Positions 49,684 to 59,757 of a stretch of DNA of 64,000 nt are shown one piece after another (the first letter of the stretch is position 1; the number at the start of each line of letters is the position of its first letter). The stretch is from Azolla caroliniana (taxonomy: Eukaryota > Plantae > Polypodiophyta). The stretch spans positions 8,370,001 through 8,434,000 of the forward strand of contig JBHGNT010000021.1 in assembly GCA_043228905.1 (NCBI GenBank), in the 5' to 3' direction. The position numbers and the translations under genes were made by a program. The notes under the pieces were generated by a model, which was not told where the DNA came from, ran no database searches, and saw nothing but the letters and a program-made list of their open reading frames with translations.

Positions 49684-52600
49684 TGTTGGGATTACGGTCC
49701 CTTCGGATGGGATGGTCGGATATCGGAGATGAATGCCGACAAGCCCGGTTTCGGTTTCGGATCCGGATGACGAATACCCCGGCTTCGGTGCCGGATGACG
49801 AATGTACCCGGAGAGCAATCCGGATGCAGGGACATATCCGTGAATATGTTCGCTACGAGCCCCCTGAGGCTATAGTTGTAAATAGCCCAAAGTCATATAA
49901 GTATAAATATGACTTAGGGCAAACAGTTTTTCTGTTGCTCATTATTTTTCTGTTTTTCCACTCAAGAGGAGTGAAGAGGGAGCAGCCGAGAGAGAGAGAG
50001 CGCGAGAGAGAAAGAGGTAGACGCCTCTGTGTATTTCCGCCGCCTGTGGCGAGGACAGCGAGCTCAAGGTCGTCGCCTTGGAGCTCGTCATTGTATACTT
50101 CTCTGTATAGTGTTGTTTGGAGTCTTGTACTCCCGTGGTTTTTCCCCGTTTAGGGTTTTCCACGTTAATCCCTGTGTATCGCGTCTTTCTCTGTATTTCC
50201 TATTTTCTGCTACATTGATCCGCGATTAATCGGTTGTGGCCGAGTGGTGAAGGTGAATCCAAGCGTTGATTCCCAACAAACTGGTATCAGAGCGACTGTT
50301 GCAGAAAATGGAAGGCGGCGGCAGCGGGCAGCCGATGATGATGGTGCTGAATGCACAGAATTACGCCGACTGGAAGATCAAGATGGAGGATCTTCTGATT
50401 GTTCGGGACCTGTACGAACCGATTGACAGGTCGGAAATACCGAAAGGGGTACTTGAGTCGGAGTGGAAGCTCCTGAACCGGAAAGCCGTAGCGACGATCC
50501 GACAATACGTCGATGTAAGCGTCCTACAACATGTGGCGAACGACACCAACGCATACGAGATGTGGAAGAAGCTGTCGGGCCTCTATGAGAGGAAGAATGC
50601 GTTGAACCGGACCTCCCTGATGAGGAAGATAGTGAATCTCAAGTACCGGGACGGCGAGAGTATGGTGGAACACGTAAGCACGTTCATGGGATTCGTGAAT
50701 CAGCTTGCGGCGATCAAGTTCCCGTTGGAGGATGCAATGCAAGCCATCATCCTGATGTGTACATTGCCGGAAAGCTGGGAGAACTTGGTGGTGACTCTCA
50801 GCACCTCGTGCACCGAAGATAACTTGTCCTTACAAACGGTAAAGACAAGTATTCTGAATGAAGAAGCGCGTCGGAGAGATAAGGAACCGGCCTCCGACCC
50901 GAAGATGCTGTTTACCGAATCGGATCGGGGAAGACAATGGAACCGGAGTCCGCAAAGACGGGAGAAGTCGGGGACCCGGTCGCAGTCAAGAGGAAGACCC
51001 ACATGCTTCCACTGTGGGAAGCCGGGGCACTTCCGGAAGAATTGTCGGCATTACCGAAAAGACAACGGAGCCGACGACACCGATTCGAAGAAGTCACCGG
51101 AGAGAAACGGTGCATACCGGGGAGCCACGGACCGGAGAGGTTCGGATCGGCGAGGGCAGGACCGGAAAGGAACAACGGCACTCGCGGCAAGTGAGGAAGA
51201 AATCATGCTCATCACCGAAGAAGGTGAGCTAAACGTTGCCGGCGATGAGACGACCTGGGTGGTCGATTCCGGAGCATCGTTCCACCTGACCCCGGAGAGA
51301 AGATACTTCTCATCCTACACAGCCGGTGAGCATGGCTGTGTTCGGATGGGAAATGAAGGTACGTGCCGGATTGCCGGCATAGGAGACGTGTGGTTGACAA
51401 CCCCGACCGGATGCAAAATGCTGCTGAAAGATGTCCGACACGTTCCGGAGGTCCGATTGAACCTGATCTCGGCCGGGAGGCTAGATGATGAAGGCTACAC
51501 GGGTAGCATCCGGAACGGTGTCATGAAGTTCAGCAAGGGGAGCCTGATAGTGGCTCGGGCCCGGAAGGTCAACACACTGTACCTGATGAATGCCCGGTTA
51601 TGTCCGGAAGAGCTGAATGTGGCAGCCGACACTGCCGGTGAGCTGTGGCACAAAAGACTGTGCCACATGAGTGAGAAGGGGATGAAGAGGCTTGCAGAAG
51701 ACAACCTCATCCCAGTGAAGCACGTGCACCTGGAGAAGTGCACCGATTGCCTGGCCGGTAAGCAGAACCGAACCTCCTTCCACTCAAGGCCACCGACGAG
51801 ACGTAGCGCACCATTGGAGTTGGTGCACACTGACGTGTGTCAGGTAGAGACGAAGTCACATGGCGGAGCCCAGTACTTCGTAACATTCATCGATGATCAT
51901 AGCCGAAAACTGTGGACGGCACCGATGAAGACAAAGGACCAAGTGTTGTCCGTCTTCAAAGAACTCCACGCGAGAGTGGAAAGGGAATCCGGCAAGAAGC
52001 TGAAAGCGATACGAGCGGATAACGGAGGGGAATACCGAGGGCAGTTCCAGGAGTACTGTCGCTCGAAGGGAATCCGACTCGAGTTTACTGTGCCGAAGAC
52101 GCCGGAACTGAACGGGCTGGCCGAGAGGATGAACCGGACCATAATGGAGCGGGTCCGGAGTATGCTGGCGCATGCGAAATTACCCAAGGGGTTTTGGGCT
52201 GAGGCAATGTCGACGGCGACATATGTGATAAACAGATCACCCTCAGTTCCTTTGGACGGAGACACGCCGCAGAGAGTGTGGACCGGTAAGGAAGTGTCCT
52301 ACCGGCATCTGAAGGTGTTCGGGTGTCTCGCATACGTGCATGTGGCAAAGGACCGGAGAGGAAAGCTAGATCCTAAGACCCGGCCATGCATATTCCTCGG
52401 TTACGGCGACGACGAGTTCGGCTACCGAGTATGGGACCCGGTCGACAAGAAGATATTCCGGAGTCGTGATATCATCTTCATGGAGAACAAGACGCTCGCC
52501 GACTGGGAGTCGGAGAAGAAGATGAAGAGCTCCAAGTCGACCGGTGAGGATCAACTCTACGAGGAGCAGTCCCGACCGGCAAGGGACCGGTTAGCACTCG

Positions 52601-54989
52601 AGGATCCGGCCGAAGACGGTGAAGAAACAGAACCGGCCGAAGAAGATGAAAATGATACCGGAACCGGCCCCGATCCCGAAATGGATTCGGATGAAGAAGA
52701 AGAATCGGAAGAACCGGTTACCGAAGCTCCGGAACGGAGATACCCTCTAAGAGAGAGAAGGGCCCCCCGGAGATTTCCGGAACCAGAGCACGTGTTGCTA
52801 ACCGACGAGGGGGAGCCGGAGAGCTTTGAAGAAGCAAAGCATGACACCCAGAGCCGCAGGTGGTTGAGTGCCATGCAGGACGAGATGGATTCCCTGCATG
52901 AGAACCACACATATGAACTTGTGGAGTTGCCGAAAGGAAAGCGGGCACTGCGAAACAAGTGGGTGTTCAAGCTGAAACCGGGAGATGCCGGAAACCCCCC
53001 GAGATACAAAGCCAGGATCGTGGTGAAGGGGTTTCAGCAGAAGAAGGGCGTCGACTTCGACAAGATATTTGCCCCGGTAGTGAAGATGACCTCCATCCGG
53101 ACGGTGCTGAGCATAGCGGCAAGCATGGACCTCGAGGTAGAACAGATGGACGTGAAGACGGCATTCCTTCACGGCGACCTCGATGAAGAGATCTACATGC
53201 AGCAACCGGAAGGATTCGAGAAGAAAGGGAAGGAGCACCTGGTATGCCGGTTGAAGAAGAGCCTTTACGGACTGAAGCAGGCTCCCCGGCAATGGTACCG
53301 GAAGTTCGACTCCTTCATGACCGACGAAGGGTACCTCAAAACGCAGTCCGACCACTGCGTGTTTGTGAAGAAGTTCGAAGGAGGAGACTCCCTAATACTC
53401 CTCCTGTACGTGGACGACATGTTGATCGTCGGACGGGACCAGGTCAAGATACGGATGCTGAAGAAGGCTCTTCACCGAACCTTCTCAATGAAGGACCTGG
53501 GTCCGGCGAGGCAAATACTAGGGATGCACATCATCCGGGACCGGAAGAAGAAGCAGTTGTGGCTGTCACAGGAGAAGTACGTGACAAAGGTGCTTCAACG
53601 GTTCAACATGTCGGAAGCAAGACCGGTCGGATCGACCCTCCCGGCAAACTGCAAGCTGACCAGCAAGCAAAGTCCCAAGACAAAGGCTGAAAAGGAGGAT
53701 ATGATGGAAGTGCCGTATGCCTCAGCCGTCGGGAGCTTGATGTACGCCATGGTGTGTACGAGACCGGACATAGGATATGCAGTCGGAGTGGTGAGCCGGT
53801 ACATGAGCAATCCCGGCAAAGAGCACTGGAACGCGGTCAAGTGGATACTCCGATACCTGAAGGGCACGGCAAACGTGTGCCTCCGATTCGGCTCCGGTAA
53901 GCCCGAACTCGAAGGCTTTACTGATTCTGATATGTCGGCTGATGCAGATACCAGCCGGTCCACATCAGGGTATGTGATGACGTATGCAGGGGGAGCTGTT
54001 TCGTGGCAGTCGAGGCTGCAGAAGACGGTTGCGTTGTCAACTACGGAGGCGGAGTACATGGCGGCTGTTGAAGCCGGCAAGGAAATAATATGGATGAAGG
54101 ACTTCATTAGAGAGCTCGGTATCCGGCAAGAGGAGTACCGACTCTACTGCGATAGTCAGAGTGCCATCCACCTTGCGAAGAACGCGGCCTACCATTCCCG
54201 GACGAAACACATCCAGCGTAGATACCACTGGATCCGGGAAAGGATAGAGGACAAGGAGTTCGTGCTGACGAAGATCCACACGGACGAGAACGGGTCGGAT
54301 ATGCTGACCAAGGTCCTCACACCCGACAAGCTGGAAGCATGCCGGAAGAGGGTCGGATTGGAGAGACATCCCATGCCGAAGTGAAGGGGGAGTTTGTTGG
54401 GATTACGGTCCCTTCGGATGGGATGGTCGGATATCGGAGATGAATGCCGACAAGCCCGGTTTCGGTTTCGGATCCGGATGACGAATACCCCGGCTTCGGT
54501 GCCGGATGACGAATGTACCCGGAGAGCAATCCGGATGCAGGGACATATCCGTGAATATGTTCGCTACGAGCCCCCTGAGGCTATAGTTGTAAATAGCCCA
54601 AAGTCATATAAGTATAAATATGACTTAGGGCAAACAGTTTTTCTGTTGCTCATTATTTTTCTGTTTTTCCACTCAAGAGGAGTGAAGAGGGAGCAGCCGA
54701 GAGAGAGAGAGCGCGAGAGAGAAAGAGGTAGACGCCTCTGTGTATTTCCGCCGCCTGTGGCGAGGACAGCGAGCTCAAGGTCGTCGCCTTGGAGCTCGTC
54801 ATTGTATACTTCTCTGTATAGTGTTGTTTGGAGTCTTGTACTCCCGTGGTTTTTCCCCGTTTAGGGTTTTCCACGTTAATCCCTGTGTATCGCGTCTTTC
54901 TCTGTATTTCCTATTTTCTGCTACATTGATCCGCGATTAATCGGTTGTGGCCGAGTGGTGAAGGTGAATCCAAGCGTTGATTCCCAACA
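49684..54989 (+). mobile_element. Intact full-length Ty1/Copia retrotransposon
   Basis: 595-bp LTRs 49684-50278 and 54395-54989 that look identical by eye. TSD TAACA, PBS tggtatcagagc at 50282, PPT gaagggggag, single uninterrupted ORF. Confidence 0.98.
50308..54384 (+). CDS. Copia Gag-Pol polyprotein (Gag, PR, INT, RT, RNase H), 1358 aa from the first ATG after the PBS
   Basis: CFHCGKPGHFRKNC, WVVDSGAS, WHKRLCH..CTDC, RADNGGEY..NGLAERMNR, LLYVDDML, FTDSD..TEAEY..YCDSQSAI. Confidence 0.97.
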   Translation: MEGGGSGQPMMMVLNAQNYADWKIKMEDLLIVRDLYEPIDRSEIPKGVLESEWKLLNRKAVATIRQYVDVSVLQHVANDTNAYEMWKKLSGLYERKNALNRTSLMRKIVNLKYRDGESMVEHVSTFMGFVNQLAAIKFPLEDAMQAIILMCTLPESWENLVVTLSTSCTEDNLSLQTVKTSILNEEARRRDKEPASDPKMLFTESDRGRQWNRSPQRREKSGTRSQSRGRPTCFHCGKPGHFRKNCRHYRKDNGADDTDSKKSPERNGAYRGATDRRGSDRRGQDRKGTTALAASEEEIMLITEEGELNVAGDETTWVVDSGASFHLTPERRYFSSYTAGEHGCVRMGNEGTCRIAGIGDVWLTTPTGCKMLLKDVRHVPEVRLNLISAGRLDDEGYTGSIRNGVMKFSKGSLIVARARKVNTLYLMNARLCPEELNVAADTAGELWHKRLCHMSEKGMKRLAEDNLIPVKHVHLEKCTDCLAGKQNRTSFHSRPPTRRSAPLELVHTDVCQVETKSHGGAQYFVTFIDDHSRKLWTAPMKTKDQVLSVFKELHARVERESGKKLKAIRADNGGEYRGQFQEYCRSKGIRLEFTVPKTPELNGLAERMNRTIMERVRSMLAHAKLPKGFWAEAMSTATYVINRSPSVPLDGDTPQRVWTGKEVSYRHLKVFGCLAYVHVAKDRRGKLDPKTRPCIFLGYGDDEFGYRVWDPVDKKIFRSRDIIFMENKTLADWESEKKMKSSKSTGEDQLYEEQSRPARDRLALEDPAEDGEETEPAEEDENDTGTGPDPEMDSDEEEESEEPVTEAPERRYPLRERRAPRRFPEPEHVLLTDEGEPESFEEAKHDTQSRRWLSAMQDEMDSLHENHTYELVELPKGKRALRNKWVFKLKPGDAGNPPRYKARIVVKGFQQKKGVDFDKIFAPVVKMTSIRTVLSIAASMDLEVEQMDVKTAFLHGDLDEEIYMQQPEGFEKKGKEHLVCRLKKSLYGLKQAPRQWYRKFDSFMTDEGYLKTQSDHCVFVKKFEGGDSLILLLYVDDMLIVGRDQVKIRMLKKALHRTFSMKDLGPARQILGMHIIRDRKKKQLWLSQEKYVTKVLQRFNMSEARPVGSTLPANCKLTSKQSPKTKAEKEDMMEVPYASAVGSLMYAMVCTRPDIGYAVGVVSRYMSNPGKEHWNAVKWILRYLKGTANVCLRFGSGKPELEGFTDSDMSADADTSRSTSGYVMTYAGGAVSWQSRLQKTVALSTTEAEYMAAVEAGKEIIWMKDFIRELGIRQEEYRLYCDSQSAIHLAKNAAYHSRTKHIQRRYHWIRERIEDKEFVLTKIHTDENGSDMLTKVLTPDKLEACRKRVGLERHPMPK

Positions 54990-56210
54990 TAACATTTATG
55001 ATGATATTGCTAGGGCCGGACAACAACCTAACATAGGGTGTCCACTTAAGACACGTCACCAAAGGGTGGTACGGCAAAATGACTTATGGCACAACGCTTA
55101 CTTAGACATTAATCGATTACTTAGCCATCCGTAATTAACACGCGTAAGATATAACAATGAATACAGAACAGTAATCAACACTAGAAGATTAAGACAATAA
55201 ACTTTATTAATTAACCGCTCTTGATTACATTGTAACCGCGCCTTTATATAGGTTTCCGGTGCGAAATACAAAACGGTGCCAACCAGCACCTTTACGGAAT
55301 CGTTCCAGATCCAGATCGGCATACCGATTCCGGTCCGTCCGTCCACATCTTCTTATATAATAATATGTATATATTAAGACTATTAATTACAACAGTTCCC
55401 GAATAACTATTCCTTTCACACTCTGGTTTGGACCTCCTTAAGCCTTCTTTGCTGGCTGGTAACACATGGCACGCCCGTGGGACAATACCTTGTACGTCGA
55501 ACCCACTATCCGGCCCTTTTACACTTTGTCCAAAATGTCCAGAATGCTTTGCTCCAAAATTTCCAATGCGTCGTCGGGAATCTGTTGTTGCTGCTGTGGC
55601 TGCTGCTGTTGTTCCGTTTGTGGTTGTGGCTGCTGCTCCGTTTGTCGCTATGGCTCTGTTTGTCACTCTGGCACCGGCGTTTCCGTCGGAGTTGTCTGTG
55701 GCTGACTGACCCCGGCCTATTCCCCCTCCGGTCTTTGCACCGGCGACGGTTCCTCATCACTAAGGTTGACCATTGCCGCCTTTCGCGCTTTTTCTTCCCG
55801 GAGCCGGGACCGCTCATAGCTTTCGAACTGGATTTGAGCCTCCAAGCGATCATTGTCCAGTTGAGCTACGAGTTGCCGGACCTGCACCAATTGTTCATCC
55901 GCCAGGGCTGTGAAATCTTCCGCTACCCCTAATGGTGGTGAAGTCCTCCGATGTTAGCATATAGCAGTCGTCGCCCTCCTTTCGCCGGTTTTCAACGTCC
56001 GCCCTAAGCAATTGGAGTTTCGCGGTATTCTACGCCCATTTTGTCCACCAACGCACAGAGTTGTCATCAATCAAGCTTTTGGTTTTAGTGAGCCATGACC
56101 GAAGGATGCACTGGATCCATTCGGCTCCCATCTGTGATTTATTTTCTGCAGCTTGTCGCTCTTCCTTCAACTGCTTGATGATCTGAACCGTGTCCGCCTC
56201 CTGCTCCCTA

Positions 56211-58710
56211 TACGCGTGAGCCGCAACATTGTGTTTGACAAGTCCGTGTCCTGGTACTTGCCTCCGACTCCGGACCTCACCTCCAATCCGAGTTCTGATG
56301 ATGAGGTCAGCGAGGCCGAGATGCCTCTGGATGAGCCTGAAATCGGCACCCGCGAAGAGAGTCTGATTTCGTTTCGGTTAAGCGGACTGAATGGACGACT
56401 GAGTCGGTCTGACCAATCCGATGAAGAGCCGGCGAGTAGTGGAGACTCGGCCGTGCATTCCCCACGTAGGAAGCCGAGAAGACGGCTTACGCGCAAAGAG
56501 AAAGGGAAGAAGAAGGTGTCGGATTCCGGCACGGATAGGAACGAGTTAGACCGACGCGAGTCCGACTCCGAGGGAAGCAGTGACGGGTCTTCAAGAGAGA
56601 AGTCTGCGTCGACCGAGAAGACCTCGACATCGGCCAATGACCGATTACGCCGATCTACCTGCCAGAAAAACCCAATTGTGTAGTTCGGATACAAGTACAT
56701 GGCGCACCATTATGCATACATGACCCATGTAGCAGAAGTGCGTGAGCCAGAGAGCTACACGGAAGCGGCTAAGGACACGAGTTGGCGCGCCGCGATGGAG
56801 TTAGAGATGCACGCATTGGCGGAAAATGAGACCTGGGACTTGGTTGACGCACCGAAGGGTGTGAAGCCGATCGGATGTAGGTGGGTGTACAAGGTCAAGT
56901 ACAACACTGACAGCTCAGTCAACCGATACAAGGCCCGGTTAGTAGCAAAAGGCTACGCGTAGAAACACGGCATCGACTACGATGAGACATTTGCGCTGGT
57001 CGCGAAGATGACGACCATCCGTGTTTTGCTCGCGGTAGCTGCGGCAAAGGGGTGGCACTTACGACAGATGGATGTAAAGAATGTGTTCCTGCAAGGTGAG
57101 CTTTAGGAACAAGTGTACATGGTACAGCCCCCCGGATTTCACTCCGGAATGAACACGTCGGCCGTATGCCAATTGAAGAAGTCCCTTTACGGACTGAAGC
57201 AAGCCCCGCGTGCCTGGAATGCGAAGATCGCGCAGCAACTGCGTCGGATGGGCTTTGCAACGTCAAAATTGGACTCTTCCTTGTTCATCCGGAAAGGTCG
57301 ACTCGGTCCGGTCAGTATTCTACTATATGTTGATGACTTGGTCATCACCGGCGCCGACCTAGGTGAAATCGACCGTGTGAAGCTCCAGCTTGCGGCATTG
57401 TTCGACATGAAGGATCTAGGGGATCTTCATTACTTCCTCGGGATTGAAGTGATCCGTACCCCCAAAGCCATACTGATCAGCCAATGCCATTACCGCTGAA
57501 TATGCTCTTCAAATTCGGGATGGCAGACTGTAAGTCCGTCTCAACTCCTCTGTATAGAACCGTCAAGTTTCGCCCCGAGTCCGGAAAGGTATGCGACTCG
57601 ACGAGGTTCCAACAAATAGTCGGCAGCCTTATATACTTGACTATCACCCGACCAGATCTCAGCTACCCGGTCAGGGTGATTAGTCAGTTCATGGCGCGAC
57701 CGACCGAGGAACACCTTCAGTGCGCACAACGCGTACTCCGGTACGTCAGTGGCACTAAGGACCGGGGGCTACTATATTAGTCTGATACAGTTTCGCAGTT
57801 GGTCGGCTACACCGATGCTGATTGGGCCGGCAACGCCGCCAATCGCCGATCCACGTCCGGATACGCGTTCTCTCTTGGGAGTGCCGTGGTAGTGTGGAGC
57901 AATAAGAAGCAGCCGACAGTTGCACTGTCGAGCACTGAAGCCGAGTACCGAGGAGCGGCTGTCGCGACATGCGAAGCCATATGCTTGAAGCGGCTACTTG
58001 AGGATCTGCAGGTAGAGGTGTCTGATCCAACAACGATCTACTACGACAACCTCAGCAGCATCCAGCTCGCGAAGAACCCCGTTTTCCACGCACGGACCAA
58101 GCACATTGAGGTGCACTACCATTTCGTCCGTGAGCATGTCCTTTCTGGTGAAGTCGAACTTCAGCATGTTCCGATGGATTGGCAGACCGCCAACATCTTC
58201 ACCAAGCCTCTTGGACTGGACAAGTTGCGGCAATTCTCGGGTGCGCTTGGGTTGCGTCACCTCGACGTGCCGAACTTGAGGGGGAGAGATGTCCCGAATG
58301 ACCACGGAAGGGAGCATGAAAGGAGCAGAAAAGACCGTGACGTCGGGTCAGATGTTGAATTCGACTTCGGATCGGCTGAAGAAGCCGAGGGCAGATTAGC
58401 GGAAGAGTCCAAAAGCGGACATAAGAGGAGCAGCCGGAAGAAAGAGCCAAAGCCAACCAAGCATGGGGGAGATAACGCCGTCAAGGGCGAGAAGACCGAA
58501 GATGAGTTGGAGACAGCCAACTCGGACGAGAGCGAAAACCGATCGGAGGTAGCTGAGTCGGTTCGGATGTTTGATTCGGATACGCGGAATCAACCAAGGG
58601 CCAAGCGGAAAAGAAGGCAGCAGGAGAAGCGCCAACACGGTGACAGCAAGGGAGCTATGAAGGGCCGTGGGAGCAGACAAGTTGACTGGAAGGGTCGAAG
58701 CACACCAAAC
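56211..58710 (+). mobile_element. Decayed Copia RT-RNase H fragment with a 3' extension
   Basis: [34 protein letters not shown] and [16 protein letters not shown]. Closely similar to 62360-64000. Confidence 0.9.
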
Positions 58711-59757
58711 TCGGCCTATCGGCCTCGGCCGAGTTTGTTCATCGGCACTGTTCTTCTCCCTTCCCATCCGGAGGGACCTGTCTCCCAACACGACCAATAC
58801 AAGACATCCGATACGACAAATGGGAGTATGATCGGGATCGTAGGGATAGGAGCCGAGAATACAACCGTGATAGGTATGAGAGATTATTCCCCTGACTATA
58901 ACAGAAGAAGGGATGACCAACGAGGAGAATATGCAGATTCGGATAGGCGCCCCTCAAACTGGCAGGGATATCGGAACAGCCGACGCCATAATCGGAGGAG
59001 AAATTTGCGGAGAAACGAGCGGTGGGTGCCGGCTAGAGATTATCAATGAGAGCCCGATAGAAACATGATTGGCGCCCAATCAGAGCAACGGCGAATAGAG
59101 GAGCCAAATCAGGCGATAACCGACTTTCAGTCCGGTAACATGGGAAAAGCGGAATCGAGTAGCACCCAAAAAGTGTATTGTTACTAATATCTGCAAGACG
59201 GACACTATAGCAGTCAGTGCCCGGTCAAGACCAACGAGAAACAACTAGCAGTGAATATGGTGATTGTGGAGGTGGCTGACATTCAGCAGGTCACCACTTG
59301 ATCGAAAGGAAAAACGGCAAAATGGGAAGCTTGGAAAGCAATCCGGAAACAGGCCACCAAATGGATAGAAAAGGTCAACGAACGGAACGTGACCAAATTA
59401 CGAGAACAAATGGAACCTCCGGAGGAAAAAACAGAGCCCATGGACGAGAATCCAATGTGGCAGGCATTACAAGACTACCAGATTATACTACCATTGGGTC
59501 TTTTGCTGCAATTAGTGACCCGGTTCACCGACGGGCTGAAATCGGTATTGGCCCCACAACCCCCCACCGGCTCCGTCATTCTTTTCGAATCCGGAAGAAG
59601 GACTGGCCATCGTAGACACAAGCAACCTGGAAATCATAGTCATCGTCAAAGCACGAGAAGTACCGGGAACAATCGTGGACGGTGGATTGGGAGTGAACAT
59701 AATTAGTTGTTGAGAGACTGGGTGCGTAAATCGATACGCATAACATGGTCGTATCGG
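58710..59757. mobile_element. Short inverted Copia LTR end (about 58710-58790), then a plus-strand Gypsy gag-protease remnant
   Basis: gagggacctgtctcccaaca matches the LTR end at 29411. Knuckle remnant C..C...GHYSSQC at about 59178-59220. Protease IVDGG.GVNII at about 59672-59705. Confidence 0.65.

Larger units (their letters stand above)
49661..56210. mobile_element. Gypsy-like (Tat-type) LTR (49661-49683 plus 54995-55464), tRNA-Arg match, and decayed minus-strand coiled-coil ORF; split by the intact Copia
   Basis: tgttgtcag...ctggtaaca ends. tggcacgcccgtgggac at 55467-55483. Minus-strand remnant LVAQLDNDRLEAQIQFE...QQQQIPDDALEILEQSILDILDKV*. Confidence 0.6.

Noticed and set aside
50287-54374. 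Numerous antisense and alternative-frame ORFs over the Copia pol
   Set aside because: Shadow ORFs expected from GC-rich coding sequence.
58710-59049. Distal part of the 416-aa ORF as a real protein extension
   Set aside because: The frame crosses an inverted LTR fragment and a Gypsy gag remnant, so it is a chance fusion.
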